58,805 nt of DNA from Octopus bimaculoides (taxonomy: Eukaryota): positions 56,404,748 to 56,463,552 of the forward strand of contig NC_068981.1 in the NCBI RefSeq assembly GCF_001194135.2, written 5' to 3'. The notes below the pieces were generated by a model. It was not told the DNA's origin. It ran no database searches and saw nothing but the letters and a program-made list of their open reading frames with translations. Shown piece by piece: positions 1 through 12,739 of this stretch. Numbering within the stretch: position 1 is the stretch's first letter; each line of letters opens with the position of its first letter. Both the position numbers and the translations under genes were made by a program.

Positions 1-69
1 GAAAAGCTCTACTTTGTAATTTGTCCATTTTCTGTATTTAGCCCTGTGTGGCTATAATAAAAAGATATC

Positions 70-167
70 TATCTATCTATCTTTCTATCTGTCTGTGTGT
101 CCGTCTGTGTGTCTGTCTGTGTGTGTGTCTGTGTGTGTGTGTGTCTGTGTGTGTGTCTGTCTGTCTA

Positions 168-219
<52 letters not shown>

Positions 220-335
220 CTAACTAGCCACTCTATACAAAACACCCAACGGTCCACCTACCTACCTACCTACCTACCTGCCTACCTACCTACCTACCTA
301 CCTGCCTACCTACCTACCTACCTACCTACCTACTT
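70..335. repeat. Compound microsatellite (TCTA/TCTG/TG, then CCTA)
   Basis: Directly visible tandem di- and tetranucleotide units; explains ORF 97..387. Confidence 0.95.
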
Positions 336-2769
336 ATCTGAATATTCTTTCTGTAAGATGTATTTTATAATTTGCACGATCATATAGTCTTTTAGAAGTT
401 CGCATTTTCTCTTGTTAAAAGTGTATTTTCGTTAAATAAGTATTTCTTTTTGACTGTTGCCATTAACAAGTTTGGAACTGTGAAACAAAAAGTTTCAAAA
501 TCTCAGCATATTAGCGAACTATATAGATCTGAACTATACACAACTTCGCAGTTTTAATCCAGAGGTAGCAAAAGCTAAACACCTTCCATAATTATAGAGC
601 TGAACTTTACCTATAACATAAATTTCATGTTATATAACTAGAGAAAAGAGGCTAATTTAATTCATCTGTCGAAAAGCTGCTCCATCAGAAGCTAAAATAA
701 TTAGCTTGGAGACTAATCCACTACTGAAACGATGTGGCGTATACGGTTAAATTATGCAGCGAACAACATAAGAAGGAAAGCAAAGTTCAAACAATTGCTT
801 TTGACATGTTGGTGCAAGGGTAGACGAAAAGTGAGGTTAGAAATAGTAATGTTTGTTATACAGAAATACAATGTGATACATAAACTCAAAATATTTACCC
901 TTATAAAATGTTGAAAAATCTAAGTAGATTACTGATATCATCACTTAAAGGGACTTTATATTTTATAATATGCTTACATACATACATACATACATACATA
1001 CGTACATACGCATATAAACGTGAGTGCGTCTGTATATGCATATGCATAAATATGCATCTGTGTGGGCGTGAATGTGTCTATACAGGTAGTAGACATATGT
1101 CCGATGCAACACATCTTATTCCTTACTACGTGATAGTTTGACCGGGTAGAAATATTGGACAAATTCCCCCTACCTTCAAATCTGACCTTACCTTAAAATG
1201 GAAGGACACAATTATGAGCCTATAAGATATACTGGTTATGATTTCATCATATTCTTGCTCGCATAGAGCTGGCCTGGGGCTAACCGACAACAATAACAAC
1301 AACAGCAGTAGCTAAGAAAGTAACAACATACGAGTTAAGATAACCAATCTAATTAATAGGTTGTCTGCCAACGAATTAAGAAGACGATGGAACGTTTAAT
1401 CATAGGTGTCTTATTATTTTTCGTTTTTTGGTCTTGCACTTAAGTCTCTTTACAGATTTAAACACAGGCTGGATTGTTGCAGTGGTTGGCTTGTAACGTT
1501 GGATTCAGTTTCCCCTACAAAGAAAGCCACCTCTAACTGACTAGCTTCTTACCCAGAGAAAAATTTACTCTCCTTTATTAAAAGCTATGGAGTTAAGCAC
1601 AATTGTACTAAGTCTCTGTTATTTGGGAAGGATTTACTGTTTTCGAAATTACAATAAAATAATGATTTCAAAATTGTTGAGAGGCCATGGAAAGATAATT
1701 TTTTTTTAAGACTAATTCTTTACAAAGAATTTAGTTGAAATACTCACAACAGGAAGAATTTTTTAAGGGATAGTGGACATTAAGAAATAATAAATATGAA
1801 CAGGTGTTCGAATCTCTAACAGTGGTTCAAAACAACTCGGTTAGTGATTGCTGGAAGCAATACTATTGGTGATAAGATAAGCGAAATCAAATTCTCAAAA
1901 TATATCAGATTGAACATAGTGCCGTTGAAGCTCAGCAAATATTAAAGCAAATTACTCTAAAATTATCATACAGTTCACCATTGCAGTGCATTTTTATTTC
2001 CCTGCTAAGCCTTTATAATTAACGCTTCTGACTGAAATGATGTACAAGTTTTAAGCACCCAAACCGCCAAAGGCAACACACTTTTAGACTTCTTCGCCTG
2101 GAGCTAACCGAACAGCACTGTGGGATATTAGCAATGAAATTTCCGGATCTATAAAGTTAGTTAATAGGAATACAGTATTTTTTCTTCACTCTGGTTGCAA
2201 GAAATCAAATTACTAGAAGAGATCGACTATGAAATCTCGTTACTTTAGGTAGAATGTATTTTATAAAGCGTTAGTGGTGTTTTAAGATCGCCGATGTTAA
2301 TGTCAAGTTATTTGGAAGATATTACAAAATAAAACTTTGGACATTTTAGCAAGTTTTTATTGGCACTAAACCCATACAACCTAATAGAGAATTTATGTTG
2401 CAAATAAAATAACTAAAATTTAACCTTAATGTCAGAAAATGAAATTTGCGGAAGGTAGTAGCTTGGAGCAAAACATATATTAAAGGAATAAGAACAAATT
2501 ATTTGATAATAAATGTTTCATTAAATAGTATTAGTTGTAGCAAAGTTTAGGAATTTACACATGTTATACACTGTTTATTTAATGTTTCCTCTACTTCTCG
2601 ACTATAATGTTTTTCTGAGTAGCATTCTACATTCGTTGCCTATATTGCATCCAACTCCACACTTCACATACGGGGAAAAAGTCCCCTTCAAAACTATTCC
2701 TACAAAACTATCCTTTTCCATTGCACCAAGTTCAACCCCATACTTGCATAAACATTAGGAACAAAAACA

Positions 2770-2842
2770 TTAAGTTAGCCATTGCTAACAACCAAGCTTT
2801 GACAATGCTGTCAAAGCTGGTTGTTAGCAGGGGCTAACTTAA
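2770..2842. other. Near-perfect 73-nt hairpin
   Basis: ttaagttagccattgctaacaaccaagctttgaca-atgc-tgtcaaagctggttgttagcaggggctaacttaa; ~34-bp arms with 2 mismatches and 1 bulge. Confidence 0.9.
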
Positions 2843-2959
2843 CTTCTGCTATTCTCAATTATTCACCCCAGAGCTAGCTAGCCTCTATACTCAATTCTGC
2901 AATCTCAGTCATTTTTTTCTCTATTTTTTTTATGTATGGAAACACGCTATACAGAGGTA

Positions 2960-3760
2960 AATTCTCTGATTGCCATCAGGGCTAAATCCTCTGATTGAAT
3001 CTCCTTTTATGACCACCAGTGCAGCTTTCGTTAAGTTAAATCAGCATGTAACCAACTCGAATACGTCACTCTAATGTGGGCTGTGATAGTGTTATTGTCT
3101 TCAACATCAACAAAGCTTTCGACTGTTTCTGCACTAGTATCTTCTGTTAAAATTGATCACACACGGGCTCCATCCATCTATCGTCTCTTAGTTAAATGTC
3201 TCATTGTCAGCTCACACTATCGCGACATGTTATAACGAAGTACACTGTCAACTCCACTCTATCAGTTCTGATGTATTGGAGGATTCAATTCCCCACCGAC
3301 ACTCTCTCCCTCCTTTAAATCAATGATATACTAATATTTATTTCCAGCCAATTAATTTGCCCCACAATCGATACCACCCTTCCCTTTCCCACACCAGCGC
3401 CATTTTATGTAGGCTAAATACCTCAAGTTGAATTTGCACTGACACGATTGGAAAACTCGAAACCTCTAATAGGTTGTGCCAATAGTCTCTTCAACAGAAA
3501 GAAAAAAACTCAGTCACTGTACATATCAGGTTACATTATCGCACCTCGTCCCGGTTAAACCTGAGCAGCATGTAATTAGAATTCTCTTGAATGATCGCAC
3601 ATCTTTAACATAGCAAAAAGGACTTTTGTCTCAACGACTGGATTTTCTCTTAAGAGCGAGAAAATACTTCATCCCACTCTCCAACGACTGCTAACGATAT
3701 TCATATAATATCCACAACAGAGTGCCGCTGTCACACTGGGATACAGCTGCTGCTGTTATA
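2960..3760 (+). mobile_element. Degraded LINE reverse transcriptase fragment (CR1/L2/Jockey-like)
   Basis: Decayed RT motifs: 'tatgaccaccagtgcagctttcg' (DHQxxFR), 'aacatcaacaaagctttcgac' (INKAFD), and a QGSxLSPxLF-IND-like stretch near 3280-3330; many stops and frameshifts. Confidence 0.6.
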
Positions 3761-4253
3761 TATACGTTTGATCCGTGACAGTATCCCAAGAAACGCATCT
3801 AATAATAGAATTAATTACTGCTCTGGGAACGTTAAAAATTCTATTACTGTAATGTAAGTTTTCGTTCGGTTTGTGATAAGGATGTGATGTGTGTATGTGT
3901 GTGTGGTTTCAGCTTTGGTAAGGCACCACACTTTTGCTTGTTACCCTTTTAGGGTTGATAAAACAAATTACTAAGTACTGGGTTCGATGGAATCGATTAA
4001 ATCCCTTTCGTTGACCGTGTGTCAAAGTATGAAACCATTCTTAAGGTTGTTGTTGTTTTGCTATTGTTTACAGTATACTGACAATATCAACATTCATAAT
4101 AATTACAACGGTTATCAATTTGGAGATTAAAGATAATTTTATGAAAAAAAAAAAAGAAAAATTAACAATTGCAGCGTGGAAGGTGTTTATAAACCATTAA
4201 AAAAAACACACACAAAAAACGTTAGATTCACTTCAAAATTTAAATTTAATTTA

Positions 4254-4300
4254 TGTCAAAATATTTTCGTCGCTTTGAAACCGTGACCTGTTCACTGACA
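4254..4300 (-). ncRNA. Minimal type I hammerhead ribozyme-like motif, G3:C8 core variant
   Basis: Minus strand reads UGUCA-GUGAACA-G-GUC(13 nt)GAC-GAA-AAUAUU-U-UGACA: 5-bp stem I, core, stem II and palindromic stem III. Confidence 0.6.
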
Positions 4301-4329
4301 ACATTTCGTGCTGCATCTGAGAAAGTTAG

Positions 4330-4620
4330 TTCATGATTTGTATGTATGTATGTATGTGCATGTATGCATGTAAGTATGTGCGTATGCGTATGTGTACATG
4401 CGTATGCATGCATATACACCTATACGCATGTATGTATGTATATACGTATGTATGTATATGCGTATGTATGTATCTATGTATGTATGTATGTTTGTATGTA
4501 TGTACTTATCTATGTAGTTATGTATGTATGTGAGAATTTAGGTATGTGTGTAGATGTGTTTGCGTATATGTATATGTGTAACGTTCATACAAACGTATAT
4601 TTACGTACTGATATGTGTGT
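4330..4620. repeat. (TATG)n / (TG)n degenerate microsatellite
   Basis: Visible tandem units. Confidence 0.9.
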
Positions 4621-4934
4621 ATGTTCAAATTGTCACCGTCTAACGGTGAATGGATACAATGTCCTTATATACATGCATGCAAATATAAGCTTGCCTATGC
4701 ATTTGATTTTACAAGAGTTTATATTTCATAATCTCATATATTTTAAATAAAATAATCAGTGTAGGTCTTTGTTTTTCTTACAAAATATATCTTGTATATA
4801 TTACAGTTTCTGTGATCCTCGGTCTTACTGATTACCATCCTTAAGTTACATCTTTTATAAAGCATGTATTTTTGCTGGTTTTATGTTTTCCTTCGACGTT
4901 TCTAATTCTATTTTTTTGCTGTCTTTGTAGGTAC

Positions 4935-5257
4935 AGTCTAGCTGTTGGTAAGAAAATCGCTTCCTAACCATGGGGTCTCGGGTGCAGTTTTATTGCGCGA
5001 CACCTAGGGTAGGTGCCTTCCTTATAGTTCCAAGCCGACCAAATCCTTGTGACTGTTGTTGTTAGAGAGAATCTGAAAGAAGCTCATCGTCGTATACATT
5101 TATATATATATAGGAAAGAGAGTTTGAGACTGAAGATGTCTTTTAAAGAGTCAATAAACATCATTAAAAGCCCTCTGCATTTTCAAACTCTCTTTCCTAT
5201 ATATTTTCACTCGTGCGGTACCTTGCAAGTTTACTTTGTTATACATACATACATACA

Positions 5258-5307
<50 letters not shown>

Positions 5308-5880
5308 NNNNNNNNNNNNNNNNNNNNNNNNNNNNNNNNNNNNNNNNNNNNNNNNNNNNNNNNNNNNNNNNNNNNNNNNNNNNNNNNNNNNNNNNNNNNN
5401 NNNNNNNNNNNNNNNNNNNNNNNNNNNNNNNNNNNNNNNNNNNNNNNNNNNNNNNNNNNNNNNNNNNNNNNNNNNNNNNNNNNNNNNNNNNNNNNNNNNN
5501 NNNNNNNNNNNNNNNNTATATATATATATATATATGTATGTATATATATGCTAGCGCACGAAACTTGCGGACATTGAGTCATTCTGTTGCTTCTGCTAAA
5601 TATTAATAAAAATATGTATATATACATGTATATATGTATGTGTGTGTGTGTGTGTGTGTGCGTGTGTGTGCGTGTGCGTGCGTGCGTTTGTGTCATGTTT
5701 GCACCACCATCGCTTGACAACCGATGTTGTTTGTACACGTTCCCGTATCGTATGGGTTCAACCGAAAGAAGACTAATAAAATAGGTACTGAGCTCGATTT
5801 GTTCGACTGAACCATTTAAATCCGTGCCCCAGCATAGCCGCAGTCGATTGATTGAAATAAGAAGCAGAAATTAAAAGAAT
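4935..5880 (+). mobile_element. tRNA-derived SINE (family B) with an expanded internal microsatellite and gap
   Basis: Head 'ggtaagaaaatcgcttcctaaccatggggtctcgggtgcag...gccgaccaaatccttgtga' at ~4935-5100; central (TA/TACA/TG)n; 3' half 'ccaccatcgcttgacaaccgatg...gccccagcatagccgcagtc...tgaaa...aaaagaat'. Confidence 0.7.
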
Positions 5881-6285
5881 AAACTCAGTTGATTTATTTA
5901 CTCACGTGTGCACAATGTGTGGTCTTTAAAATGGCAGTAACCTTATAAGAAGCTAAACACAATCATTTACATCCGAAGAGGATGGAGTAGAGTAATAGTG
6001 TAATTACTGTGAATTTTCCGCATTGAAGTGCCGTTTATTGTTTTACTTACTATAGCTATAATATCGTGTAAATTTTATGAAAGAAGATAATGGGTTTATG
6101 GGATATTGATGCCTTTTACAAAGACATGTCCAGTTACTTATATATGCCAATCACTTATATATGTACTTGCATACACATCAATACACACTCATGATTTATT
6201 TTCTGTCTCTCTCTTTCTCTCTTAGATTTTTTTACGACGATACACGCTCATTATATATATATATATATATATATATATCTTTCTC

Positions 6286-6344
<59 letters not shown>

Positions 6345-6639
6345 GTCTATCTGTCTATCTATCTAGCTACCTATGTCTGTCTGTCCGACTATATGTCTTG
6401 TCTGTCTCTATCACAACACATTTAATGATAGGTATGTTCAATCGGAGTCCTTTTGAGGGTTAAAAAACAATAATAACGAGAAACTCAATTATTAGGAACA
6501 TTCACGACAATGTTTTTCAAAAAGCAAAAAAAAACAAAAAAAAAAAAAACTGTTTATCCCTTTAGTGAATCGCGGTTAAACTCATATCTGAACACTGCAA
6601 ATTTATGGAGGAATCTGTTTAATTTATTTGAACGTTAAT

Positions 6640-7430
6640 GACTAATAACTTTAAGAAACCATGCATCTATCATGCATATTAGCTTATTGATTTGTAGATG
6701 ACATTTCGTTCAACAGATTTGTTGTTTTGAAATAATCCTCTGAGACAAACCGATTTCCCTTTTACTAACAGGCATATTTTTGTTCATTTCCGAAGTGGCT
6801 TTAATTACTAGCAGCATTAACAGCTTGTCCAATACATATAGCTATTAATTCTTTCTTTATCTTGGCGATCTTACGGTGTGCTTTAATATCATTAAGGACA
6901 AACGGAATATTTTGTCCCATCGGATAATAGCAAATAATAGCTTTTTGCCAAATATCGTCAGTGAAATAATGGTTTAGAAATGATCGTTTTTATCTGTTAG
7001 TAGATGAGAGATGTTATATCATGCTACATATTTCCAATTCTTGATGAAATACTTAAAAATCAGATATCCTATTTAGCTGAATCTGCTGTAAATTCTTCAC
7101 ATTCAAGCACATTATCATTTTTACTTACAATTCTATAAACATGTTATGTTTACAGGCCTCATCTCTACTTATTCTCAACTTCAATTTTTCTAGTAAATCG
7201 GAGTGTTTCTTTTTTTTTGGTGTTTAGGCTATCAAATAATAAGAAGCAGCATTGCTTTGAAACAAATTTACTTCATTTTAGAGTTCGGAACCAAATATTT
7301 AGGTAGAGAACTGTTTACGTATGTTATCACATTTTATGTTTCTGTTAAAGATTACCGCATATGATAGTTAATATTTTGTGCAGCCATGTGCAGCAAATAG
7401 CTACTCTTCCTACTCAGTCGAAGGACCTTC
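6640..7430 (-). mobile_element. Highly degraded hAT (Charlie/Buster-like) transposase remnant
   Basis: Frameshifted minus-strand peptides IAKIKKE..IG/DKLLMLLVIKATSEM..EIGLSQRIISK resemble the hAT IAKxKKPHTIGExLxxPA...IPLSxxTISRRI block. Confidence 0.4.
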
Positions 7431-8708
7431 ATCCGACACATTAGACGTTTTCAGTTTTCACACCAATCAAACTCTCTTTAGGTAAATATGTAGAACGGCA
7501 AACTTAACATGCAAGACTTTCCAAGACTATACCATTACTCCTCTTTATACAAAAGGTTTAAGAACATAATTTGAAATATAATAGATTTGCTTTGCTTAGA
7601 TGTACGGTAAATAAATCTAAAAGCTTTAGTACATTCACTAATGCAATAACCGAGAATCACATAACAAGAACATGAGATCACATTCATATGAAAAACGAAC
7701 AGCTGATATATTGAAACAATGATACTCTAAGAATGTTCTCATCAAAATTGTTCAGTTCAAATATGAAAGTATTTATACAACTTTTAGAATGAATAACATA
7801 AAAAAAGTGAATTCTTTTGCTGAATGAAAAATAAAACTAAAATATAAAATTAATGTAAGAAAATTAAATGCTGTAGAACTTCTAGCGTCTTAGTTGAACA
7901 ACATTAAATGTATAATTCACCGCAAGTTATCGAAAATAACGAAGAAATCATTATACATTCTATCCATGTTATGAAGACACATTGTGTTTATTTCCTGCAA
8001 TTATAATACACACTTGTTTGTTTTACTTTCCTTATAGAGAAAACACCTTCAAGCGTATTGAAGATATAGATAAGTGTATTGGCAGGAACTACTGAAATAA
8101 AAAGAAAGAAAAACGGAGGCGAAGTGCGTTGCTTGGGAGATAACTACGGGCTGTTGGACATGTTTTGAATTGAGAATTACAGATAATTACTGAAAATTAT
8201 TGAAATATAGGCAAGACAAAGATGTTGAGATGTTGCGGTGCAAATTTTTTCATTGGGTGTGATTTCTTTCTACACCCAAGAAGAAAATACAAAGAAAAAA
8301 GTAAAGAATTTGAACGCAATTTACCGCCAACTCACATCTTGCCCACAGACGTGTGTGCATAAATGTGTGAAGTTCAGATGGCTTGTTTGTATGTATGTGT
8401 ATGCATTTATTTATGCGTGTGGTCGAGTTTGTGTATTTGGTGTGTTTATGTAAATAAATGTATGTATATGTAATACATAAAATACAAGCCAATGATATCT
8501 ATGAAACAACAGCGACTTCGAGAATGCAAATCAGAGAAGTACAACTTGACGCCAACAGTAACTTAAACTTTGCACTTAAATTTCTAGCGGAGAAATAAAG
8601 GAATGTTTGTATAGCAATGAGACCATCGGAATAAAGCATCAGTAAGATGCGACGTCCGATGACTGGAACATGCTAGTGTTCTTCAAAACAAAATATAAGG
8701 CTGGCTAC

Positions 8709-8780
8709 ATACAAGGGGGTGCTGGAAAGTTGGTTGGAGGCCTGGTCGGAGGTTCAACCTTCCGAGTTCTTTTACAGGGC
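8709..8780. mobile_element. Partial end of a mariner-derived MITE
   Basis: 'tacaagggggtgctggaaagtt' resembles TACGAGGG-type mariner termini; recognised from recall of an octopus MITE and unverified. Confidence 0.4.
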
Positions 8781-9104
8781 TTTATTGTCTGTCTTCCCTT
8801 TTTTAATACGACAGGGCGTGATTTTAGTGAGATTTGGTTGCTATTTCTTGTAGGATGATTGAACACCTAGGGGATCCCTTCCCTGATTGGTTCGTTGATG
8901 AATGAGTAGTGAATGAAGGCAGAAACTTCAGTTTCAATTTTTATAGAGTGATAAAATAAAATAGATATACAATAAAACGCAATGTTTATATTAATAAGAG
9001 TGGAAGGATCAACAATTATATATCTTTTAGGCCATATCCAATCTAGTGAGATTAATATGCCTCATGTTTAGGTTGAAATAGTTAAGTTCGAGAAAATGTT
9101 TTTT

Positions 9105-9295
9105 TAATTCTACCCCAAAGGATCAAAACAGAAAGGAACTGACTAGTAACTCGGGATTCTTCTGAATTTAGCGATAAAATGCAATAAAACAGAATAAACA
9201 GATGCCAAAAAAAAAATAAAAATACTACTCAACGCCTGAAATACCACGAAGAATGTTGTCTTGCGTGCTAACGCTTCTGCCAGCTTGCTACCTTG
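9105..9295 (-). mobile_element. Degraded tRNA-derived SINE (family A)
   Basis: 'gcgtgctaacgcttctgccagcttgctacctt' matches the head of the intact copies at 22854 and 48785. Confidence 0.6.
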
Positions 9296-9959
9296 ATAAT
9301 AATAATAATAATAATAATGTAATAGAGATCAAGCATTTGTTATTCCAGGAATAAGTTATAGTTATAATATCCTTAACTAGAAACTAAGTGAATTAGCAAG
9401 ATCATACAGAAAAACTAATGACTGTATTTTGAATAGCATCACTGAAAGCCAACTTAGAAAGATTCTATTTACCAGTAATACAGGAAGATAGGTTTCTTCT
9501 GCTTCTATATTATTATACAATAAATACTCTAGAATTACAAAAATATCTAGTAAAGATTAATGGGAGACTAATCCACAAAGATAAAAATATCTGAATGAAG
9601 CAATAATTACTGTTTCTGCCTTCAGGGAAGCTAATAAATACACAAAAGAGACCGCAGTAACAAACAGCTCTGAGGAAGATAAAGAAGAAATAGAAGAAAC
9701 TATTATAAACCTAAACAGTAAAGTGTAAATGGGATTTCAAAATGTCATAATGAAAGAATATCGAGGGGACTATGCACAGCCACTTACTTTATATAGATGT
9801 TATTGAGTTATATCAACAATCCGAATAACAAAGCGAAAACATTTTCCAAATTGTAAAATTGTGTAACTGACTACAATATCGATTTGCCAAATGCATCAGG
9901 ACCACTTTGAAACCGAGCAAGGCGACCATATCGATAAATTCTGGCAATAATATTAATTA

Positions 9960-11057
9960 TATTGGGTTGGCAACTAAGTTTCCGTGTTTTTTTTTTAATT
10001 TAATTTTTTAAAGGTTTAATAAAAAAAATAACAACTAATTAATCAATAATGCATTCACCCTTGTTGTTTGCAACTTCTTCCCAACGTTCAACAAGATTTT
10101 CAATACCTCGTTGGTAGAAATCACCCGATTTCGACTCGAAAAACTGATCGAACCAAGCTCTCAATTCTGCACCAGTATTGAAAGAAACTCCACGCATAGC
10201 ATTTGAAAGAGATCGAAAGAGGTGGAAATCCGTTGGTGCCAAATCAAGAGAGTACGGCAGGTGTGGCAGCACTTCCCAGCCATGCGTTTGAATGGCTTCC
10301 TTGGTCATATTGGCGATATGAGGGCGGGCGTTGTCGTGCAGCAGAAGAACTCCATGCTGCCGATTAGGTTTTATCTCTTGAATAGCCGTGTTGAGTCGTT
10401 CTGTCTGTTGAACATAGAGTTCCGCGTTGACCGTTTATTTCTGTTCAAGCAATTCGTAATGGATAATCCCTTCCCAATCTCACCATACGCACAACATCGT
10501 TTAATGCGGATGAAAATCTTGTTTCACGCGCGGTGTCGCTTGTTTACCGGGGCTAAGCCATTCCTTACGCTGCTTCATATCGATGTATAGGCACCATTTT
10601 TCGTCGCCAGTAACGATTCGGTAAAGAAATCGTTGCTTGTGTCCATGAGTTGAGCGGTGACGAGAAGCAAACCAGCGGAGATTGTAGCTCGTTGATTTTT
10701 GTTGTTGTCACTTAAAGTATACGGAGCCCATGCTCCATACTTATGAACCTTCCCCATCGAGTGAAGATGCGTCTCTATAGCAGAGTGGGAACATTCCATT
10801 TTCTCTGCCAGTTCCCTTGTCGTTTGACGAGAATTTTCGTGCAAAAGTTGGTTTAATCGCTCTTCATAGAACTGAGCTGGACGGCCAGAACGAGGTGCGC
10901 CTTTGAGGTCAAAATTAACTAAAATTAACTAGAAAAAAAAAAGATTCCAAAATGATTCAAAAATAGAACTCTCGAAAATAATAGATTCCAAAATTTAAAA
11001 ATGCAATAAATTCCAAAATTTAAAAAAGACGGTGGAAACTTAGTTGCCAACCCAATA
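9960..11057 (-). mobile_element. Mariner DNA transposon (D,D34D), defective and N-terminally deleted; mellifera-like
   Basis: Perfect 24-bp TIRs (tattgggttggcaactaagtttcc / ggaaacttagttgccaacccaata) flanked by TA. Transposase motifs PRSGRP, RIVTGDEKW, HDNARPH, YSLDLAPTDFHLF and C-terminal GECIID; frameshift near 10650 and internal stops. Confidence 0.95.
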
Positions 11058-11074
11058 TATTAATGGTGTTAAAA

Positions 11075-11985
11075 ACAGACGGGATTTACATATATCTGGG
11101 TATCAACGAATATGGACAAAGTCAGTACGGTAGGATTAAAGAACTAACCTGAAAAAAATACATATGATGAACTAAGATGATCCTCAAGAAACAAATCTAT
11201 ATAAAAAAGAATATCATTAACACACTTGCTCTCTCAATAGTATGATGCAGTTTCAATGTAGCAAACTAGAATATGAAAGAGAAAAGAAAGAAATAACAAA
11301 TACATAAAATCTACTAACGATATTCAGTCTCCACCGTCAAAAACTGACACAAATAGAGTATATACAACTTTATGCAGACTGATTGCACTCAAACACTATA
11401 CTCTCGGGAAATGCACTTGATGTACCAGTATCCAAAGTAAGTGTGTACCCAACTGAAAAGGCAAAACAAATAAAAATACAGATAAACAAATTAACCACGA
11501 ATACGCTAAAAATAAATGGAAGCAAAATACACTGCATGGAAAATACCCTATGAGAGCTAGGGGCCAAGATACATACTCATTCTTACTCATCAGTGGCTGG
11601 TATGTTCTGATCTCAAGCCAGAAGCTGAAGGTCATATTATTGCTGCTCGGGATCAGTGCCTTTCAATTGAGAATTAGCAGAGTAATTCTCTGAAGCATGA
11701 AAGTAGTCCATTGTGCCGCATATTCAGAATACATCCAAAGACGACCACATATTTTCTGGATTCTCCCGACTGACGCCAACAGAGTAATTGCAAAGACATG
11801 ACAGAGCTGCTCAGTACGTATGCTGGTTAATATTCCTCACATACAGCCTATCCCACAAAGAGAATTGGTGGGAACATGAACCACTTCAAGCAATCTAGAA
11901 TTCTGAAATTAACGCACTTTAGAATTCCAGAGTTCAGGCTTATTGAAAAGATCATCATAGCCGACCAGATATGATTGTGGGCTGT
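11075..11985 (+). mobile_element. R4/Dong-type RLE retrotransposon fragments
   Basis: YIYLGINE; WKQNTLHGKYP; LKPEAEGHIIAARDQ; zinc-knuckle/RHD remnants; heavily disrupted. Confidence 0.75.
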
Positions 11986-12044
11986 ACTTGTCCAGATGAA
12001 AGGGTGGAAGAGGTTTGGTTAATTGTCAGGATCGTATCAGAGCG

Positions 12045-12718
12045 GAATGTGTGGTGAGAGGGGTGAAACGATATGGCACATCGTCTGCGAATGCCCGAAA
12101 TTGGCACAACGCCAATACGAAAGACAGCATAACAATGTGACAAGAATGATCCATTGGGAGCTTTGTGCAAATCACGGCCTACAAAGAGCAAAGGCATGGT
12201 ATGAACAAACCCCAGAAGGAGTCATCGAGAATGGAAAATGCGAAATCCTGTAGGATACAATGATTCAGTGTGATTACCTGACAAGACATCGAAAACTGGA
12301 TATTGTTGTGGTGAATAAAAAAGAGAGAACATGCATGATAATCGACATAGCATGTCCCGCTGACAACAGGATCAAGGGGAAAGAAGGAAAAATGAATAAC
12401 TCTGACGATTTGAAATATAAAATACGAAGGCTGTGTCAATGAGGAGAGCAGACGTGATACCAATAGTAATTGAGGCACTTAGAAGTACCAGCACACAACA
12501 ACATAGCTCAAAAAGATTGGTACAAATGTAAAGGCAGAACACCAACGAAAATCAGCATTGCTTGGTACTGCAAGAATCATTCGCGATGTTCTTGAAGCAT
12601 GACCAGTAAACAGGTGTCACCTTAGTCTGTTGGCTATGGATAGCTGACATTTTCCATCATACCCATCAAAATATGTTGTGAGTTTTCATGTAATAATAGT
12701 AATAGCAATAACAATAAA
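12045..12718 (+). mobile_element. R4/Dong-type element, 5'-truncated (CCHC + RLE + 3'UTR + TAA tail)
   Basis: MCGERGETIWHIVCEC...RQHNNV, WYEQTPEGVIEN, KLDIVVVNK..IIDIACP; ends in (TAA)-like repeats; same family as 57991-58625. Confidence 0.9.
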
Positions 12719-12739
12719 TGCACTGATGCAGTACCACAT

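Noticed and set aside
1700-2550. Possible ancient DNA transposon coding debris
   Set aside because: No motif could be recovered in any frame.
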